Under the pieces are notes generated by a model, which searched no databases, was not told the origin of the DNA, and saw only the letters and a list, made by a program, of their open reading frames with translations. The position numbers and the translations under genes are program-made. Below, in pieces: positions 60,693 through 64,000 of a stretch of DNA of 64,000 nucleotides (its first letter is position 1; every line of letters starts with the position of its first letter). The DNA is from an uncultured Candidatus Saccharibacteria bacterium (GTDB taxonomy: Bacteria; Patescibacteriota; Saccharimonadia; Saccharimonadales; 2-12-FULL-41-12): NCBI GenBank assembly GCA_964615775.1, contig CAZTQB010000001.1, forward strand, positions 60,599-124,598. Direction: 5' to 3'.

Positions 60693-61165
60693 GATTTGAA
60701 GATTTGAAAGTAAAAGCTAATCGCAAATCCACTAGGGTTGGTCGTGGTATCTCTGCTGGTAAAGGCAAAACAGCTGGTCGTGGCACAAAAGGTCAGGGTT
60801 CTCGAAAGAGTGGTGGCGTAAGACCTGGTTTTGAAGGTGGTCAGATGCCATTATATATGCGAATCCCAAAACTTCGCGGTTTTAAATCTCATCGACCTAG
60901 AGTGAGTAACGTTTATACTGGTGAGCTGCAAAAGCTTGGCAAGGCAAGCGTTGATACAAATATCTTGGCCGAGGCTGGTTTGATTGAAAATCCATATGTT
61001 AGGGTTAAGCTCATTAACAAAGGTGAACTAACCAAGAAAATGACGGTAAAGTTGCAGTTTGCAAGTCAATCTGCAGTGGCGACTTTGCAGGCAGCCGGTG
61101 GAAACTTTGAAGTTACGCCACAACTTAAGCGTCCAGCTTCAGCTAAAAAGTCTACTAAAAAATAG
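60689..61165 (+). CDS. rplO: 50S ribosomal protein L15
   Basis: …RVGRGISAGKGKTAGRGTKGQGSRKSGGVRPGFEGGQMPL… L15 signature. It follows rpsE directly, with no L30 gene between. Confidence 0.9.
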   Translation: MRFEDLKVKANRKSTRVGRGISAGKGKTAGRGTKGQGSRKSGGVRPGFEGGQMPLYMRIPKLRGFKSHRPRVSNVYTGELQKLGKASVDTNILAEAGLIENPYVRVKLINKGELTKKMTVKLQFASQSAVATLQAAGGNFEVTPQLKRPASAKKSTKK

Positions 61166-61353
61166 TTTTTAGAAAATACTTTTAAATGGCTCTGTTAAAT
61201 TAACGGAGTCATTTTTATTTATTACGAGTAAAGTTAAAAAAACAATTTTAGTTGTAGTTTTAGCAATTAAACTAAACTAATCTTGAAGCTAGCTACCATC
61301 TCTTATATAATACTTACTTAGATAAAATTAATGAGGGTAGAACGTCTGTAATT

Positions 61354-62829
61354 ATGAACTGGAAGTTAATCTGGAAATCTTTAGCTGATAATGATATGAG
61401 AAAACGTATACTGGCAGTGCTTGGTATACTAGTAATTTTTCGTCTTTTGGCACATATTCCTATTCCTTTGGGCAATTCTGAAACACTAAGGCAAGTTCTA
61501 AACGGAATTTTTACCAGCCAGGATACTCCGCAGTTTCTTAGCTTTTTGAATGTTTTATCTGGTGGTGCTTTAGCTAATTTTTCGATTATGTTGATTGGTC
61601 TTGGCCCATACATTAACGCAAGTATCATTATGCAACTTCTTACTAAAGCAATTCCCAAGCTTGAAGAGATGAATAAAGAGGGCGAGTTTGGCCGTAAGAA
61701 AATCAACCAATACACTCGTCTATTAACCTTACCACTAGCAATTATTCAATCAGTCGGTACAATCTTTTTAGTTAAAACTCAGGCTTCGTCATTTGCTGGC
61801 CTTGGTGATATTACTGCCGGTGCTAGTATTGCTCAGTGGATATTGATGGTGGCTTCTCTAACTGGTGGAGCTATGATGTTGATGTGGCTTGGTGAGCTAG
61901 TGACAGAGCAAAGTATCGGAAATGGTATATCTTTGCTTATTACGGTTGGTATTGTGTCGAGCTTGCCGGGATCAATTATGCAGCTGATAAATACTTCAGT
62001 TAGCTCTGGTGGTGAAAAATGGGTATTGTTTGGCCATGCTTTACCGCTTAATAAAACAGGCTTTTTCTACTCGATAGGAATTGCTTTAGCGGTATTGTTA
62101 GTCACAATGTTTGTGGTTAGGCTTAACGAAGCTCAGCGGCGGCTGACGATACATTATGCTAAACGAGTACAAGGCAATCGAGCCTATGGCGGTGTAACAA
62201 CAATGTTACCGGTTAAGCTAATTACTGCTGGTGTGATACCAATTATTTTTGCTGTGGCTTTTCTTAGTGTACCTAATTTCATGGCTCAAATTTTGGTAAA
62301 AAATCACAGTGAAAATCTGCAAAAACTTGGACAAGATTTGACTCTTTGGTTTCAGACACCAACAGCCCAAACTCTAACATCTGGTGATTGGCATGCATAT
62401 ATTTATCCAGTTATTTACTTTATTTTGGTTGTGTTATTTACCTTCTTTTATACCTCAATTGCTTTTAACGCTAAAGAAATTGCTGAAAATTTACAAAAAC
62501 AAGGTGCTTTTCTCGAAGACGTACGTTCTGGTAAGCAAACTGAGAAGTACTTAACCAAAGTTGTTAACCGATTGACGCTATTTGGAGCGTTCGCTTTAGG
62601 TATGCTAGCTGTATTGCCAATCATCGCAGAAGCTTTTCTAAAAAATAATTTAGCTATCACCGGTACATCAATTTTGATTTTGGTAGCGGTTTCACTAGAA
62701 ACACTAAGACAAGTTGAGTCTAGGGCCATGCTTATCACTTATAGTCAGTATGATGGATCAGACTTCTTTCAAGCAGTTGATAAGCCAAAAAAGCGTCTAC
62801 GACTCCCTAATATAAGAAAATCAAAATAA
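61354..62829 (+). CDS. secY: Preprotein translocase subunit SecY
   Basis: 491 aa, 10 TM topology. SecY-like N-terminus (…RKRILAVLGILVIFRLLAHIPIPL…) and conserved TM2/TM7 regions. Somewhat long C-terminus. Confidence 0.85.
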   Translation: MNWKLIWKSLADNDMRKRILAVLGILVIFRLLAHIPIPLGNSETLRQVLNGIFTSQDTPQFLSFLNVLSGGALANFSIMLIGLGPYINASIIMQLLTKAIPKLEEMNKEGEFGRKKINQYTRLLTLPLAIIQSVGTIFLVKTQASSFAGLGDITAGASIAQWILMVASLTGGAMMLMWLGELVTEQSIGNGISLLITVGIVSSLPGSIMQLINTSVSSGGEKWVLFGHALPLNKTGFFYSIGIALAVLLVTMFVVRLNEAQRRLTIHYAKRVQGNRAYGGVTTMLPVKLITAGVIPIIFAVAFLSVPNFMAQILVKNHSENLQKLGQDLTLWFQTPTAQTLTSGDWHAYIYPVIYFILVVLFTFFYTSIAFNAKEIAENLQKQGAFLEDVRSGKQTEKYLTKVVNRLTLFGAFALGMLAVLPIIAEAFLKNNLAITGTSILILVAVSLETLRQVESRAMLITYSQYDGSDFFQAVDKPKKRLRLPNIRKSK

Positions 62830-62836
62830 CTAACGT

Positions 62837-62866
62837 AAAACACTTTACAAAGGTGGTAGTGTTTTG
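62837..62866 (+). terminator. Possible hairpin/terminator after secY
   Basis: AAAACACTttacaaaggtggtAGTGTTTTgct: 8-bp stem and 13-nt loop, followed by a short T-run only. Confidence 0.3.
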
Positions 62867-62960
62867 CTATAATTACTTACCAGTTATATTTAGAGTACGC
62901 CGTCAATATAAGTATTGCTCATATTGATTAAATACTTAAGAATATATCAGAGACATATCT

Positions 62961-63182
62961 ATGGCAAAAAATAAGGAAGTAATTGAGCTGTCGGGGGTAA
63001 TATCCGAAACTCTACCGGGAACTCAGTTTCGGGTTAAGCTTTCTAATGGCCATGAGATTATAGCTCATGTTGCTGGTAAAATGCGTAAACACTATATACG
63101 AATTGTGCCTGGTGACACTGTCACTGTAGAACTAACCCCTTACGATCTAACGAAGGGGCGGATTACATACAGAAAATCATAA
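62961..63182 (+). CDS. infA: Translation initiation factor IF-1
   Basis: [71 protein letters not shown]. Canonical IF-1 (S1-like OB fold). Confidence 0.95.
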   Translation: MAKNKEVIELSGVISETLPGTQFRVKLSNGHEIIAHVAGKMRKHYIRIVPGDTVTVELTPYDLTKGRITYRKS

Positions 63183-63296
63183 TTTATCACTTACAAAAAG
63201 AATCTAGAAATTTTGTAAATGATAAATTAGATTTAAAAATACTAAATAAGCAGTGTGTTTCCGAAAACACCATAAAGAAAGGAATCGGAGATCCGT

Positions 63297-63413
63297 ATGA
63301 AGGTACGTGCAAGCGTTAAGAAAATTTCGCCTGATGACAAGATTGTTCGTCGTAAAGGTCGAATTTACGTAATTAATAAATTAAAACCAAAGCATAAGCA
63401 GAGGCAAGGATAA
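63297..63413 (+). CDS. rpmJ: 50S ribosomal protein L36
   Basis: 38-aa [42 protein letters not shown]36-like. Not in the ORF track because it is under 60 aa. Confidence 0.8.
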   Translation: MKVRASVKKISPDDKIVRRKGRIYVINKLKPKHKQRQG

Positions 63414-63414
63414 T

Positions 63415-63801
63415 ATGGCAAGAATTTCAGGTGTAACAATCCCAAATGAGAAGCAAATTCAGATTGCTTTAACTTACGTTTATGGAATTGGACCAAAGTT
63501 TGCTGACGAAATATTAACTTTGGCTAAAGTTGAACCAACCGTTCGTGTGAAAGATATGACTGATGATGAAATTAGTCGAATTTCAGAAGTAATTGCCGAT
63601 AAGTATACTGTTGAAGGTGAACTTCAGCGTATTGTGACAGGTAATATTAAGCGTCTAAAAGATATAAATAGCTACCGCGGACAAAGACACAAGAGTAACC
63701 TGCCGAGTCGTGGTCAGCGTACCAAGACCAATGCTCGCACTAGAAGAGGTAAGAAAACCACAGTTGGTGGAACAGCTAAGAAGGTAGCGTCAAAGACTTA
63801 G
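63415..63801 (+). CDS. rpsM: 30S ribosomal protein S13
   Basis: [26 protein letters not shown]… Canonical S13. Confidence 0.95.
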   Translation: MARISGVTIPNEKQIQIALTYVYGIGPKFADEILTLAKVEPTVRVKDMTDDEISRISEVIADKYTVEGELQRIVTGNIKRLKDINSYRGQRHKSNLPSRGQRTKTNARTRRGKKTTVGGTAKKVASKT

Positions 63802-63809
63802 GATAAATT

Positions 63810-64000
63810 ATGGCAGAAGTAACTAACAACACAACCAAAAAGAAGAAATCTAAAAGAGTCGTAGCTAATGGACAGGTGCATGTTCAAGCTTCGTTTAACA
63901 ATACAATTATTACAGTAACAGATAACGTTGGCGGCACTCTAACAACTGCTAGTGCGGGGGCTTGTGGCTTTCGTGGTAGCAAAAAAGGCACAGCATACGC
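63810..64000 (+). CDS. rpsK: 30S ribosomal protein S11 (3'-truncated at window edge)
   Basis: ATG at 63810; [63 protein letters not shown]… S11 signature. Confidence 0.85.
   Translation, partial: MAEVTNNTTKKKKSKRVVANGQVHVQASFNNTIITVTDNVGGTLTTASAGACGFRGSKKGTAY

Noticed and set aside
1-64000. CRISPR arrays, rRNA genes, transposases/integrases
   Set aside because: No regularly spaced direct repeats, no rRNA-like conserved stretches and no DDE/tyrosine-recombinase-like ORFs were seen. The island therefore lacks an identifiable mobility gene.

Overview
This 64-kb window looks like a low-GC, reduced-genome bacterial chromosome; the gene content and ribosomal-operon quirks suggest Candidate Phyla Radiation/Patescibacteria, possibly Saccharibacteria, but that is inference and no database was searched. 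Most of the window is core housekeeping genes. In order: a partial yraN, pepN, plsC, nusA, clpC, a hypothetical HExxH protein, radA and a PIN/TRAM yacL-like gene in Firmicute-like synteny. Then a class A PBP, tyrS, recG, a GNAT acetyltransferase, rsmD, tRNA-Leu(UAG), a K/E-rich coiled-coil protein gene with an apparent frameshift, hisS, tig, clpP, rpoB-rpoC and rpsL-rpsG. fusA and tuf are separated by an opposite-strand trehalose-6-P synthase/phosphatase fusion. A long S10-spc-alpha ribosomal cluster follows, rpsJ through rpsK (partial), with secY, infA and rpmJ. The ribosomal cluster lacks rpmD (L30) and adk/map, and has two extra genes between rpsJ and rplC. The most notable feature is a roughly 8.6-kb block at about 35.1-43.75 kb, inserted between rpsG and fusA, which otherwise adjoin in the conserved str operon. 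It is all on the + strand, appears higher in GC by hand count, and its genes use strong GGAGGTGA ribosome-binding sites with GTG/TTG starts. It encodes a Gram-positive-type type-IV-secretion-like apparatus. Components are a VirB4-family ATPase with a DE[S]W Walker B motif and a deviant P-loop, apparently split into two ORFs, and a polytopic VirB6-like protein. There are also VirB2-like and VirB8-like candidates, and a membrane-anchored two-domain cell-wall hydrolase (lysozyme-like domain plus LAS/M15-like peptidase domain, analogous to CwlT/TcpG/PrgK). The block's first gene is a membrane-anchored protein with a degenerate P-loop. No relaxase or integrase is present. Two CIRCE-type (HrcA operator) inverted repeats lie directly upstream of clpC and clpP. 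No CRISPR array, rRNA gene or obvious transposase was seen.
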